Shown: positions 13,617 to 26,344, counted from the stretch's first letter. The stretch is DNA of 64,000 nucleotides from Eledone cirrhosa (GCA_964016885.1 OZ024746.1:50034001-50098000); one strand, 5' to 3'. Notes: generated from the letters alone by a model not told the origin. Numbers and translations: made by a program.

Positions 13617-13668
<52 letters not shown>

Positions 13669-14038
13669 CAAAAAGTAAACGGAATCAACAAAGCAAATAA
13701 AATATAATGAAGAAATATATTAGTTTAACGCCTGATATAGTAGGAAAAGAGTCTTTACTCGTCCTTCATCAGAAGATGGAATAAGAAACATTTTTGTTTT
13801 GAGAAGCACGTGTGTATTTAGTCAGCCATTTCTGCAGTGCTGAGACCGGGGAGACCATTAATTACGGGGGTTGTCAATGCATGGGGAGATGCAGAGTGGG
13901 TATAGAGATAGGTTAAATCATCCCGACCGCGGTTCCAAGTCGGGATTTTACACCCTCTTTCCCCTTTCTCTCTCTTTCTCTCACTCTCTATATATATATA
14001 TTAGAAAAGGGAAGTGAGGTTCTATACAAAACAGCGGG

Positions 14039-14500
14039 TATAGAGAAAAGATGAAGTTGGAAATAGCACGGGAGACACGTTTAAGGGTCCGTCCTTCCTC
14101 TTTGATTCGTCAAAGTGACACCAAGTTTTTAAAGCTGAATGTCAACATCATTCTCTTAGTTACCCTCAGTACTCCTAATTTCTGACTAAACCATAAAAAT
14201 AGCAAGTCTAAGACTACATAAAGTCTTTCTTATTGGCTTGTTGTTGTTGCTGTTTTCTTTCTGTTATCATTCTTGTTTCCATTGTTGTTCTTTGGACAAT
14301 ACCAGTGGAAGCTCCAACTGTGTTTTCTCTTGTAAATGTTCAATTATTGGTAACTGCACGATGACATCTATTGTTGTATTGTTAAGCGAATGATGTTGAC
14401 ATTCAGTTTTAAAAACTTGGTGTCACTTTGACGAATCAAAGAGGAAGGACGGACCCTTAAACGTGCCTCCCGTGCTATTCCAACTTCATCTTTTCTCTCT
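14039..14500. repeat. Inverted repeat with ~115-bp arms (14039-14153 / 14388-14500), probably another PLE-type fold-back
   Basis: Arms are reverse complements with few mismatches; (TA)n flanks. Confidence 0.75.
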
Positions 14501-14535
14501 CTATATATATATATATGTACTATATATATATACAC

Positions 14536-14617
<82 letters not shown>

Positions 14618-15084
14618 GAGGGTCATGTTTGTGTAATATTGCCAGAATCGATAACATAACACACTCACTGTTTGGTTGGTTTGCGCTTCTCGCTGTCTTT
14701 TATATCGGTAATCTAACTTACTCGGTCCTCAATATTGCCATTGACTAACCGACGGTCAAAAATAATACAGATGCAATATAGACACAAACACATATATATA
14801 GTTTATCATAAATCTTTCGTTGCACATCTGCAACATCGTCAGTGGTGTTATATTTTCCTCCTGTTGTGTTGTATGTCTACGCCATTTTTATTCAGTCTGT
14901 CTATATATTTATTTATTTATTTGCTTGTTTGTTTATTTTATTTCGTCTTCTTTGCGCATGCGTTTGCGTGTGTGTATAGTGTTAATTTGCTGTGTGATGG
15001 GTGACTAGTGTGTGTTTATGTGCTTGTTGTTATTGTGCTTGTGTATGTATTTATTTATTTATTTATCTTATTTTATTTACTTAT

Positions 15085-16107
15085 TTATACTTCTCTTAGG
15101 TCAGTGTTGTTTGTTTGGGTGTTGTTATTCCATTCATTCTTTCTGTTTAGCTTTGGTCTTCTAATTTCTATTTCACTGGCCTCTCTGATTTGCCTATCTG
15201 CTGGGTCATTTCTATGTTTAGATATTATTCTAATTTCTATATTGTCTATGTTACCATCATGTTGTTGTCTAGCATGTTCGTATAGTACTGACCCGTTTTT
15301 TCGTCCTTTAAGTTCCCCCCAGTGTTGGTCTATCCTTTCACCTATGCTACGAGCTGTCTCACCTATGTATGTTGTTGTCATGTTTCTGCAACTACCCTCT
15401 GTACATCTTATGCTATAGACTACGTTTCTAGTTTTACAGTTTATCCGGGGGTTCACCTTACATATGATACATTTCCTATTGGTACAGTGGGTTTTCTTAA
15501 AAGGGTAGGTTTTGCTGGTCAGGGATTTTATGGTGGTTCCTGGCTTTTCTACCACCTTTATTTTTAAGTGGGTCTTTCTCAGGGCCTTTCTACACTGGTT
15601 AGCTAATTTGCCTCCAGGGGTGGCGTCCACAAACATGACACTCTGGTATCACTGGTTGTCGTACCATGTACTATCTTATGTCTATCCCTATCTAAGCTAT
15701 TCCATGATTTGCTCCTGTATAGTGGGCAAATTCCTTTCATGTCCAGTTCTATGAGGGTCTTATACTTTTCCATGGCTCCTTCGTATACTCTGACTCTGTC
15801 TCTTTGGTTGTAGCCAGAGAACTGCATGCGGTTGATGAAGTGTTGGATGTGCCTTTCCATTTCTGTTGGGTCGCACATGCGGGACACATTCTTCATCACT
15901 CGTACCAAATCTGCGATCAGAATATTAAACTTAGCACTACTCGACATTGCTGAGTTTTTGAGTATCAGGTATTTGGAGGCCATGGGTTTAGCATAGTGTG
16001 AGTGGAGAATTTGGGCTCTCTCGTCTATAGTGTTTATCCAGAGTTCTGTGTCTAATACAGGTAGTCTATTGTTAGGGTGTTTGGAAGGGAAGTCGATAGT
16101 TACTGTT
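15085..16107 (-). pseudogene. Inverted duplicate of the PLE RT C-terminus and GIY-YIG
   Basis: ORFs 15603-15983 and 15085-15636 match the + strand proteins. Confidence 0.88.
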
Positions 16108-16207
16108 CACCATAGCTAGAAATAAGATTAGACAAATAGTAGACAGGTATACTAAGAGACAGAGCAGACCAGAGGCCCACCGACTTGGGAGGAAACCTGT
16201 AGAAGGC

Positions 16208-18369
16208 TTGGTTAGCCTCAAGCAGCGCACAAGGGATGGTGAGGTAGTGTGTCTACCCACGGATAAGTCTGGTAGGATGTCAATAGATAGAATGCCGAAC
16301 TACATCGAGGCTATGCAACCCACATCACCAACACGAGCGAAATTGCACAACAAACACACGATGGGAGAGAAAAAATCCTCAACGCTCACATGATGATGTG
16401 GACTGACATCCTAAAGCCAAGCAGACGCACTGCCAACAACTTCCAGGCGTCTAACAATGGCATACCACCCTTGTATGGGCTCCGCAAAGACCACAAGACA
16501 GTCGACGACCCGACAACAGGACCACCAACAAGACCCGTATGCGGAGCTAATATAGCTAGTAACTACAGGATCTCCTACTTCCTCTCAATGGTTATACGCC
16601 CCATAATCAAGATGTCCCCAGATGTATGTGACAGTACAGAGGACCTCCTCAGCAGAATCAGTGAGTGCAACAAAAACAGGAGCCTATCCAACTGCATAAC
16701 AGGCAGCATGGATGTGGTGTCACTGTACCCATCCATTAACATTGATTTTGCTGTGAAAAGATGTGTGGAGATGATCATTGAGAGTGAGGTGGAGTTCTGC
16801 GACGTCGACACAGACGAACTGGGCCTCCTACTTAGACTTACCTACGACACTGACTACCTAGACAGCCATGACCTTAGATGCTTCTGCCCTAGTAGACCTA
16901 TAAGAGGTAGACCCCCCACCATAACCTCAATGGCAAAAAAGACTCCCATGGGAAGGTGGATTGGGTGGACCAAAGCTATACGGATCCCCCAAAACAATGA
17001 TCAGGTAAGAAAAATGGTCGCACATGCAATAGGGGCTAGTATCAAAACTACCCTAAAGGGCCACATATTTAAGTTCAACGAGAAAATCTACACCCAAAAT
17101 GAGGGAGCAGCCATCGGCGTCAGCATAGCTGGTGATGTTGCCAACCTTTTCATGGTATGGTGGGAAAGGAGACTTAAAGATCTCCTTAATGAAAGCTCCA
17201 TAGACCTCATCAAGTACTCTCGTTATGTAGACGATATCAATATAGTTATAAGAACACCCCCACTAGAGAGCACTAACAAGTTTGATTTAGAACGTAGCAC
17301 GATGGAAAGCATCCAGCAAATAGCTAATTCCATACACCAGAGTATAACTGTAACTATCGACTTCCCTTCCAAACTCCCTAACAATAGACTACCTGTATTA
17401 GACACAGAACTCTGGATAAACACTATAGACGAGAGAGCCCAAATTCTCCACTCACACTATGCTAAACTCATGGCCTCCAAATACCTGATACTCAAAAACT
17501 CAGCAACGTCGAGTAGTGCTAAGTTTAATATTCTGATCGCAGATTTGGTACGAGTGATGAAGAATGTGTCCCGCATGTGCGACCCAACAGAAATGGAAAG
17601 ACACATCCAACACTTCATCAACCGCATGCAGTTCTCTGGCTACAACCAAAGAGATAGAGTCAGAGTATACGAAGGAGCCATGGAAAAGTATAAGACCCTC
17701 ATAGAACTGGACATGAAAGGAATTTGCCCACTATACAGGAGCAAATCATGGAATAGCTTAGATAGGGATAGACATAAGATAGTATATGGTACGCAACCAG
17801 AGATACCAGAGTGTCATGTTTGTGGACGCCACCCCTGGAGGCAAATTAGCTAACCAGTGTAGAAAGGCCCTGAGAAAGACCCACTTAAAATAAAGGTGGT
17901 AGAAAAGCCAGGAACCACCATAAAATCCCTGATCAGCAAAACCTACCCTTTTAAGAAAACCCATGGTACTAATAGGAAATGTATCATATGTAAGGTGAAC
18001 CCCCGGATAAACTGTAAAACTAGAAACGTAGTCTATAGCATAAGATGTACAGAGGGTAGTTGCAGAAACATGACAACAACATACATAGGTGAGACAGCTC
18101 GTAGCATAGGTGAAAGGATAGACCAACACAGGGGGGAACTAAAAGGACGAAAAAACGGGTCAGTACTATACGAACATGCTAGACAACAACATGACGGTAA
18201 CATAGACAACATAGAAATTAGAATAATATCTAAACATAGAAATTACCCAGCAGATAGGCAAATCAGAGAGGCCAGTGAAATAGAAATTAGAAGACCAAAG
18301 CTAAACAGAAAGAATGAATGGAATAACAACAACACCCAAACAAACAACACTGACCTAAGAGAAGTATAA
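16208..18369 (+). pseudogene. PLE reverse transcriptase plus GIY-YIG endonuclease, frameshifted
   Basis: PTDKSG, LYGLRKDHK, GSMDVVSLYPSI, GAAIG, RYVDD; NVVYSIRC..YIGETARS..RPKLN; frameshifts near 16320, 17785 and 17890. Confidence 0.92.
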
Positions 18370-18605
18370 ATAAGTAAATAAAATAAGATAAATAAATAAA
18401 TAAATACATACACAAGCACAATAACAACAAGCACATAAACACACACTAGTCACCCATCACACAGCAAACATAACACTATACACACACGCAAACGCATGCG
18501 CAAAGAAGACGAAATAAAATAAATAAACAAGCAAATAAATAAATATATAGACAGACTGAATAAAAATGGCGTAGACATACAACACAACAGGAGAAAAATA
18601 TAACA

Positions 18606-18646
18606 CCACTGACGATGTTGCAGATGTGCAACGAAAGATTTATGAC
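18606..18646 (+). ncRNA. Degenerate minimal hammerhead in the PLE 3' UTR (mirror copy ~14805-14845, - strand)
   Basis: acca-CTGACGA-t-gttgca-gatg-tgcaac-GAAA-gatt-TA-tga; weak stem I. Confidence 0.55.
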
Positions 18647-18904
18647 AAACTATATATATGTGTTTGTGTCTGTATTGTATCTGTATTATTTTTGACCGTC
18701 GGTCAGTCAATGGCAACATTGAGGACCGAGTAAGTTAGATTACCGATATAAAAGACAGCGAGAAGCGCAAACCAACCAAACAGTGAGTGTGTTCTGTTAT
18801 TAATTCTGGCAATATTACACAAATATGACCCTCCTCAAGTATAACAATATTTGTTTCGACACACGATTTCATATAAAAAACCTCGCAAAACTAATTCATC
18901 GCCG

Positions 18905-18940
<36 letters not shown>

Positions 18941-19034
18941 TGAGATGGTTTTCTCCTTGCTTTGGTTCATGTGGCTGGCTCACTAGTCGCAGTCTTCAAT
19001 TTGTCAAGCTTTCTAACGTATGTTATTACTCTAA

Positions 19035-19131
19035 GGTTAACTTTGCCTTTCATCCTTACGGAGTGGATAAAATAAAGTACCAGTAATGTACTGGCTAATT
19101 GCTGGCCTTGTGCCTAAAATATAAACAGTTA
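19035..19131 (+). mobile_element. Partial SINE S1
   Basis: Core and tail match 9681-9874. Confidence 0.75.
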
Positions 19132-19233
19132 TTACTCTAAGGTACAACCTTATCGAGTGCTTTGCTGCACTTTCCGGATTGTATATCGTTAGTTTGGCCA
19201 CAGCCAAAACTTCGATTTTACTGAACTTCCATT

Positions 19234-19293
<60 letters not shown>

Positions 19294-19995
19294 TAAGAGA
19301 ATATTGAAGTTTGCTTGAAGCATTGTGGAACAATAAGTAAATATTTATAAGTCGTTTGGAAGCCTCGACAATGCAAATGGGTAAATCTCCGGGTAACAGG
19401 GTCCGGTGTAGGAGAGAGAGAGATATGTAAGTGGGTGTACGTTGAGATGCGTGGTGTGTATAAGGTGTGTGAGATGTGTAGAATGAAGGGAAGAGTGAAA
19501 GGGTAAAAATAATAATAACAACACAAGAGATAGAGAGTTACCTTGGGAGAGATTTAATAGTCCCTATATATTTCGGATTCACATCCATCAACTGGGGGTT
19601 TTTTTCCGGGGTGGGAGAAAAGGTTGTCTGTCGGACAATTCGGAACGCGTCTTTCGCTGATTAATATTTGAATATCCGAGGTTTTCGGTCGGGCGCGCGT
19701 GCGCGCGAAATGGGTCCGGCCGCACACAAATCAATGGCTGAATGAGGGAGTGGGAAGGCGCTAGCTGTCAGTCCATTCTCTGCCTGCTTGTTAAGTATTA
19801 TTGTGTGTGTGTGTGCGTGTAATGTTGTCTCGCTTGAGTGTGTGTGTGCGTGTGTAGTTGTCTTGTTCATCTGTATTGGCAGTGTGGTATGTTCGTATGG
19901 TGGAATGCTATTGTGTGTGTGTTTGCGCGTGTGTGTAGTTGTCTCGTTTGCGTGTGTGTGTGCGTGTGTTGTGTGTTGTTGCATCGCTTGTTAAC

Positions 19996-21180
19996 TTAAA
20001 CCAGCTGTTTCATTTCGCTTCTCTCAAGACGGTTGTTTAATTGCGGTTGTAGTTGTTTGATAAGAAGCCCTTCCTTAATACGTAACGTGCCGACGTTTCT
20101 TTCAGTCGCTAAAACTGTGATAATGGGCCTTCCGTCTTTATTTCCGCATTTGTCTAAGTGTTTCCGGAAAGACGAGGCCCTGGTTTTAATGTGTTCCTTG
20201 ATCCTGATGTGCAAAGGTCGAGTTGTGCTACCTATGTAGTATTGGTTGCACCTGTCACATTCTATCTTATACACGACGTATGTGCGTAGGCAACAGTTAG
20301 CATGGCGTATCGGGCAGTCTCTGAGGGAGCATGCGTCAGTAGACTTTTCGGTTTTCCTGGAGAGGCATCTTCGCAGGGAGGGGCCCGAGTGGGCCAGGTG
20401 GATGTCGAGGCCCTCCCTCCGTATAGTCTTGCGGATAGCGTTGGTGGTTTTCTCGCCCAGGTGTGGTATTTTAAGGAAGCACTTGGCTTGGGTGCTTCTC
20501 TGTCTCTTGCGTCTGGTGTCTCCTATTCTGTCTGTGATCGAGGTAGGGTACCCGTTCGTCTCCAGCACCTCGAGGAATCGCTTGGTATGAGTGACACTAC
20601 TCGCGGGATCGCTGCATCTGTCTTTGATTCACGCGATCTCGTTCGTGATGTATCCTCTTTTGGCACTGTTAGGGAGGGCGGACTTGTAGTGAACGAATAG
20701 GTCCCTGCAGGCTGCCTTTCTGTAGAAGTTGCAGTGGATCCCTCCTTGTTCCGTAATGTTGATTCGGAAGTCGAGGAGGGCAAGTGACCCGTCTTCGTTG
20801 GGGTGTTCAACACTGAAGTCAATGTTCTCGTCCGTGTTGTTGAACGTCTCATAGATTCTGTTCGCCGTGTCTTGGGAAGAAGTGAGGATGAGGATATCGT
20901 CCACGTATCTTGAGAAAAAGGCTACGGCGTTGGGGTGGCAGGCGTTGAGAGCCTTTCGTTCGAGGTTGTCCATGTAGGAGATCGCTAGTACACCTCATAG
21001 ACTTGATCCCATGGGCAATCCCGAGGTTTGTTGGTAAATTTGGTCAAGGAATCCGAAGTAGGTGTTGTCGACGACGATGGATAGGAGTTGGTGGATGTCG
21101 GTGGTGGTGAGCCCGAAGCAGTGTAGGTCGGTGGATTGGACGCGTTCCGTTAGTATACTGACTGCCGGGAGAGCCGGGAC
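19996..21180 (-). pseudogene. PLE RT (C-terminal part) plus GIY-YIG, with one stop and one frameshift
   Basis: QTSGLPMGSSL*GVLA, SRYVDD, LALLDF, VVYKIECDRC..YIGSTTRPLHIRIKEH..PQLN. Confidence 0.9.
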
Positions 21181-21484
21181 CATACGAACATACCACACTG
21201 CCAATACAGATGAACAAGACAACTACACACACACACACACACACACACACTCAAGCGAGACAACATTACACGCACACACACACACATTTAACAAGCAGGC
21301 AGAGAATGGACTGACAGCTAGTGCCCTCCCACTCCCTCATTCGGCCATTGACTTCTGTGCGGCCGGCCCCATTTCGCGCGCACGCGCGCCCGACCGAATA
21401 CCTCAGATATTCAAATCTTAAACAGCGAAAGACGCGTTCCGAATTGTCCGACAGACAACCTTTTCCCCCACCCCGGAAAAAAAC

Positions 21485-21520
21485 CCCAGTTGATGGATGT
21501 GAATCCGAAATATATAGGGA
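21485..21520 (+). ncRNA. Degenerate minimal hammerhead (mirror copy ~19561-19596, - strand)
   Basis: ccc-CAGTTGA-t-ggat-gtga-atcc-GAAA-tata-TA-ggg; palindromic stem III; two core mismatches. Confidence 0.5.
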
Positions 21521-22260
21521 CTATTAAATCTCTCCCAAGGTAACTCTCTATCTCTTGTGTTGTTATTATTATTTTTACCCTTTCACTCTTCCCTTCATTC
21601 TACACATCTCACACACCTTATACACACCACGCATCTCAACGTACACCCACTTACATATCTCTCTCTCTTCTACACCGGACACTGTTACCCGGAGATTTAC
21701 CCATTTGCATTGTCGAGGCTTCCAAACGACTTATAAATATCTACATATATAAATATATATATTCAAACACACACACTCAACAACACACCATGTACACCAA
21801 GAATGTGTTTGTGTGTTCGGTTTTGTATATTCCTGGCTATAATTTCCATAGTTATTTTCGGTGATTGTAATAGACCAGTTGAAATCGCGACGTATAAACA
21901 CGGGAATGAAAACAAGGTCAAAATTTAAAACAAAAAGCCACAACATATTTAATAAAATGTTTGAGTAAACGAATAGTTTCTCTATGAAACATCTAGGACA
22001 TTAGAACAATTTCCTGGACAATTCTGTTATATTATGACATTGTTTTTGTCGATTTACGGTCTGGTTTTGAATATATAGAGAAATTAACAATATGTAGTAG
22101 AAAGTGATATTTACAACTAAAATTAGAATAACATAGCGTCAATAAAATATTATAGTATTGGTGAAGAGGAACTATCTTTCTATTATTCTGAAGAATCTAA
22201 AAGAATCACTCAAAGAATAGAAATTGCAGCAGCTTCTTCCGGTATATGTATATATGTATG

Positions 22261-22332
<72 letters not shown>

Positions 22333-22552
22333 TACACACACATAATTATATATATGCGTCGGTGTGTATGTGTGTGTGTATGTATACGTATCTGCATATA
22401 CATCTTCTATGCTAGATGTTGATTAAGAAAATAAATCATCTCCTTCAGTAAAAATATATCACAATATTGCTTATTGTAATTTCTTTATAAATTTTGTTTT
22501 TAAGAGAATGTGTGTGCGTGTGCGTGTGTGAGAGAGAGAGGGGGGGGGGGGA

Positions 22553-22626
<74 letters not shown>

Positions 22627-23164
22627 ACAGAGAATATGTGAAAGAGAAAGCGAGCAAAACATAGTTATTGATTGATGTAGTGAGGTTGACGAATAAGAAA
22701 AGTTCTCATAGCTGCCAATAGTAATTCACAAACTGCTAGACCTGTAATAATTTCCTCTTCATTAGTGTAGTTGCACACTAGTTCGACATAAGTATACAAA
22801 TCATGTATTTGATTTTCAAATATTGAAGAAATCTATTTTGAAACTGATAGTAGACAGCAACAGACTTTGTTCGATTTAAAAAGAAATCAACCAATCAACT
22901 TCGATGTCACTCATTCATGATGTCAATAAGTGCTAGATATTTTGTGGCGAAACGAATACATGTCATTAGTTCAACAGCGGCTAATGAAGTGAATACTCAC
23001 GGAAATATACAAATATATGTCTGAAGACTGAGTAAATATGTAACCATTTTTATGTAATTAGATATTGTTTCTGAGTGTTTCTGTGAGTGTCTCGTCATTT
23101 TAGCTAATTGATGGTCCTAACATTGATATTGTTCTTTATTTAACGAGCGCTAATGTATAGCTAT

Positions 23165-23232
23165 GAAGGCACGTGGCCTAGTGCTAAGGGTATTGGACTT
23201 ATGATCGTAATATCGTGGGTTCGATTCTTGGA
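23165..23232 (+). mobile_element. tRNA-like SINE head, family S2 (related copy at ~28263-28360)
   Basis: A box tggcctagtgctaag, B box ggttcgattc. Confidence 0.55.
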
Positions 23233-23280
23233 AGGGATTACGATTTATATCTTGCAATCAAACAGTTTTCTTGTCTTTCT

Positions 23281-23316
<36 letters not shown>

Positions 23317-23453
23317 TAAAATAACAGATTAAATATTTGCTCTTCGGTTCTTATATATTTGATATATATTTTCCTTATCGAGCCCTCTTTGAATTTTAGT
23401 CTTCAATTTTATTATTATTACTATATATATATATATATATATATATATTATGA

Positions 23454-23563
23454 CTAAAAAGCGAATCTTGTTACTTTGAAGTTTCGCCTGTGTATCATAG
23501 TGTCATTGGAGAGTTCTTGTGATAAACAGGTGAAACTCCAGAGTAACAGGACTTGCATTTTAG
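23454..23563. repeat. Imperfect ~46-bp hairpin
   Basis: ctaaaaagcgaatcttgttac... pairs with ...gtaacaggacttgcattttag; about 9 mismatches. Confidence 0.7.
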
Positions 23564-23688
23564 CCTTAATATTAATGAGTATTAAAACTCTACTTCGGTA
23601 TTGAGAACTCCTTTCTTTCAGACGTGATCCACATACGGATATATATATATACACACAGTATATATATATATATATATGTGTGTATATA

Positions 23689-23735
<47 letters not shown>

Positions 23736-23908
23736 TGTTTGCAGAATTCTTTCTGCCTTTGTCACTCTAAATATAAATTATAGCTTTAAAGAATTAGCTT
23801 TTAATGAATTCCCTTTTCTATCAACCAATGACCTCTACCCATCCCACTCCCCACCCTGTCCTACCACCTGAAAAGACCTATATATACCACTTTTATTTTT
23901 GGATACCC

Positions 23909-23959
23909 AGATTCCTAATGAGTTCTAAAGAATGAAACAGTTCTAGTCCTGTAGAATCT
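23909..23959 (+). ncRNA. Type I hammerhead with a G5A core substitution
   Basis: agattc-CTAATGA-gttc-taaa-gaat-GAAA-cag-ttctagtc-ctg-TA-gaatct. Confidence 0.7.
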
Positions 23960-24198
23960 CATCTATATTAAAACTATATATATATATATATATAAGTATG
24001 TACACGTACATACATATATGTATACAGACGTACAGTAGTATGTATATATATATAGATACATGCACACACATATATATGTACGTATGGATTCACCGAGCAT
24101 TTATTATAATGCTCAGTGTGTTTGTAAACAAACATCCCGTTTTAAGCCGTAGTGTCCAGCAACCATCGTTGCTTGTTTGTTCAACACTGACAAAGGAA

Positions 24199-24239
24199 CG
24201 CTGTACTAGTTTCAAGCTTATTAGCTATCGTCAGCAACG
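24199..24239 (-). ncRNA. Minimal type I hammerhead (array B; second copy at 24619-24659)
   Basis: cgttg-CTGACGA-t-agct-aata-agct-t-GAAA-ctag-TA-cagcg. Confidence 0.8.
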
Positions 24240-24810
24240 TATACCTTCCTGCCAGATTGTTGAACGTATATACTTACCTTATGCATATTAACAGCTGAGA
24301 AGCCCAATTTGCATATCGAGTGGGTTAATCGGCCGGGTGCACCGAAAACGATAAACGGAAAAAATGAAACGAAATTTCATTTCCCGCTCTTAGTACGGCT
24401 GTTACTTAAATATAAGTATGTACACGTACATACATATATATATACAGACGTACAGTAGTATGTATATATATATAGATACATGCACACACATATATATGTA
24501 CGTATGGATTCACCGAACATTTATTATAATGCTCAGTCTGTTTGTAAACAAATATCCCGTATTAAGCCGTAGTGTCCAGCAACCATCGTTGCTCGTTTGT
24601 TCAACACTGACAAAGGAACGCTGTATTAGTTTCAAGCTTATTAGCTATCGTCAGCAACGTATACCTTCCTGCCAGATTGTTGAACGTATATACTTACCTT
24701 ATGCATATTAACAGCTGAGAAGCCCAATTTGCATATCGAGTGGGTTAACTCTCAGCTGTTAATATGCATAAGGTAAGTATATACGTTCAACAATCTGGCA
24801 GGAAGGTATA

Positions 24811-24851
24811 CATTGCTGACGATAGCTAATAAGCTTGAAACTAGTACAGCG
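24811..24851 (+). ncRNA. Minimal type I hammerhead (array B inverted unit)
   Basis: cattg-CTGACGA-tagctaataagctt-GAAA-ctag-TA-cagcg; palindromic ACUAGU stem III. Confidence 0.8.
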
Positions 24852-25742
24852 TTCCTTTGTCAGTGTTGAACAAACGAGCAACGATGGTTGCTGGACACTA
24901 CGGCTTAATACGGGATGTTTGTTTACAAACACACTGAGCATTATAATAAATGTTCGGTGAATCCATACGTACATATATATGTGTGTGCATGTATGTATAT
25001 ATACATAATACTGTACGTCTGTATACATATATGTATGTACGTGTACATACTTATATTTAAGTAACAGCCGTACTAAGAGTGGGAAATGAAATTTCGTTTC
25101 ATTTTTTCCGTTTATATATATATATATATATATTCAACGTCAGGTGTTTTTACACAAACTCTACAGGCATAGATACATTTCAATCATCGTTTCATATGTC
25201 CCTCTACCAATGCAAAGTAGGTAACATGTATCATCATTGTTAAATTGCTTACTGGAATAAATTTAATGAACCGGAATGATAAAATAGAAACATTATACGT
25301 TAAGGTGGAAACTTAGAACTTCTCTTTTCCACCATTCTACCTTTTCCTGCTTTATTCCAATTTACATTTCTTTCTCTGTTTTTCTACTTTACTGTTCTTC
25401 TCTTCATTTATGTTTTTCTTTAATTATTCCTTATTTCCTTTCCGCCATTCTACTTTTCTTCTCATTTCTGTCTGTCCGTCTCTCTCCCTCTCCAGCTCTG
25501 TATTTCATTCGTTCTTCCTCTTCGTTTGTCATGCTCTACTTCAAAACAATTTGCTCTCTTTATGTACGAATAGCGGGTAGTTTTTGTATGAAATGACTAA
25601 AATCATGCTTTAGTAATATGGAAAAAAAAAAAAAAAAATTATCTACACATTTATGAATAGATAGAAAAAGGAAAAAAAATAATGTGTATGTGTGACTGTG
25701 TGTGTGTATGTGTGTGTGTATATATGTGTGTTAAGTGTATGT

Positions 25743-25846
<104 letters not shown>

Positions 25847-26344
25847 GAAGCCTCATTAAGATAACAGTTTCGGAACATTATCATATACAAATAGAAATAA
25901 AAATAAAATAAAAATGATTCGAGGTGTGTGTTTTGGTTGCGATGGAAACCGAGCTTTAAATGGAGTCTTTTTTATCTGTCAGTTGCCAAACGGGCTTTTA
26001 TTCTTGGAGAGTGATGAATGGCGTAGTCTAATTCTTTTTTTAGTTCACATTTCTTCTAGAGTAAATTATAGAAGGCAATACATTTCTTGTGAAGCTAGTA
26101 CAACTGCCTGATGTTATAGAATTGTTTTTACAAAGTATTGAGTACTAAACGAGAGAGAGTATACAACACACAAAATAAACAAAAACAATGCCACAGCACT
26201 AGGTTTTATTGATCGATCCACTAACAATGATCGAAATAACCATCTTCTACACACTTACCTCCAGCTCTCATTTTCTCTTTTTTTTTCTCTTCCTATTTTT
26301 ATATAAATACATCTCTCTGTCTTTCGCTTTCTTTCTCTTTCATT

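Larger units (their letters stand above)
12667..13625 (-). mobile_element. Retrozyme-like array A: two ~315-322-bp tandem units plus a stub (- sense) and one inverted unit (13342-13625)
   Basis: Unit starts aaaatt(a/g)gaat(t/g)ggtgctctgaaatagc at ~12667, 12982, 13304; one HHR per full unit; (TA)n flanks. Confidence 0.85.
14613..18905 (+). mobile_element. Penelope-like element (16108-18905, 5'-truncated) with a ~1.5-kb inverted copy of its 3' part (14613-16107)
   Basis: 14613-16107 is the reverse complement of ~17346-18835; RT and GIY-YIG ORFs; (TA)n flanks. Confidence 0.92.
19290..21742 (-). mobile_element. Penelope-like element (5'-truncated at ~21180) with an inverted copy of its 3' UTR (21180-21740 vs 19341-19900)
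   Basis: RT and GIY-YIG on - strand; inverted pLTR directly visible. Confidence 0.92.
23991..25115 (-). mobile_element. Retrozyme-like array B: 420-bp tandem units (23991-24410, 24411-24749) plus an inverted unit (24750-25115)
   Basis: Exact 420-nt period; HHR in each unit; (TA)n flanks. Confidence 0.85.

Noticed and set aside
13745-13790. Hammerhead (CTGATGA on the - strand)
   Set aside because: The GAAA arm is missing; at most a decayed pLTR fragment
15640-15660. TGA in the inverted PLE arm as selenocysteine
   Set aside because: The other arm has AGA, and I found no convincing SECIS in the 3' UTR
23998-25028. Repeated 97-aa and 89-aa ORFs in array B
   Set aside because: They are antisense to the HHR strand, begin in low-complexity sequence and show no domain; the repetition reflects the DNA repeat
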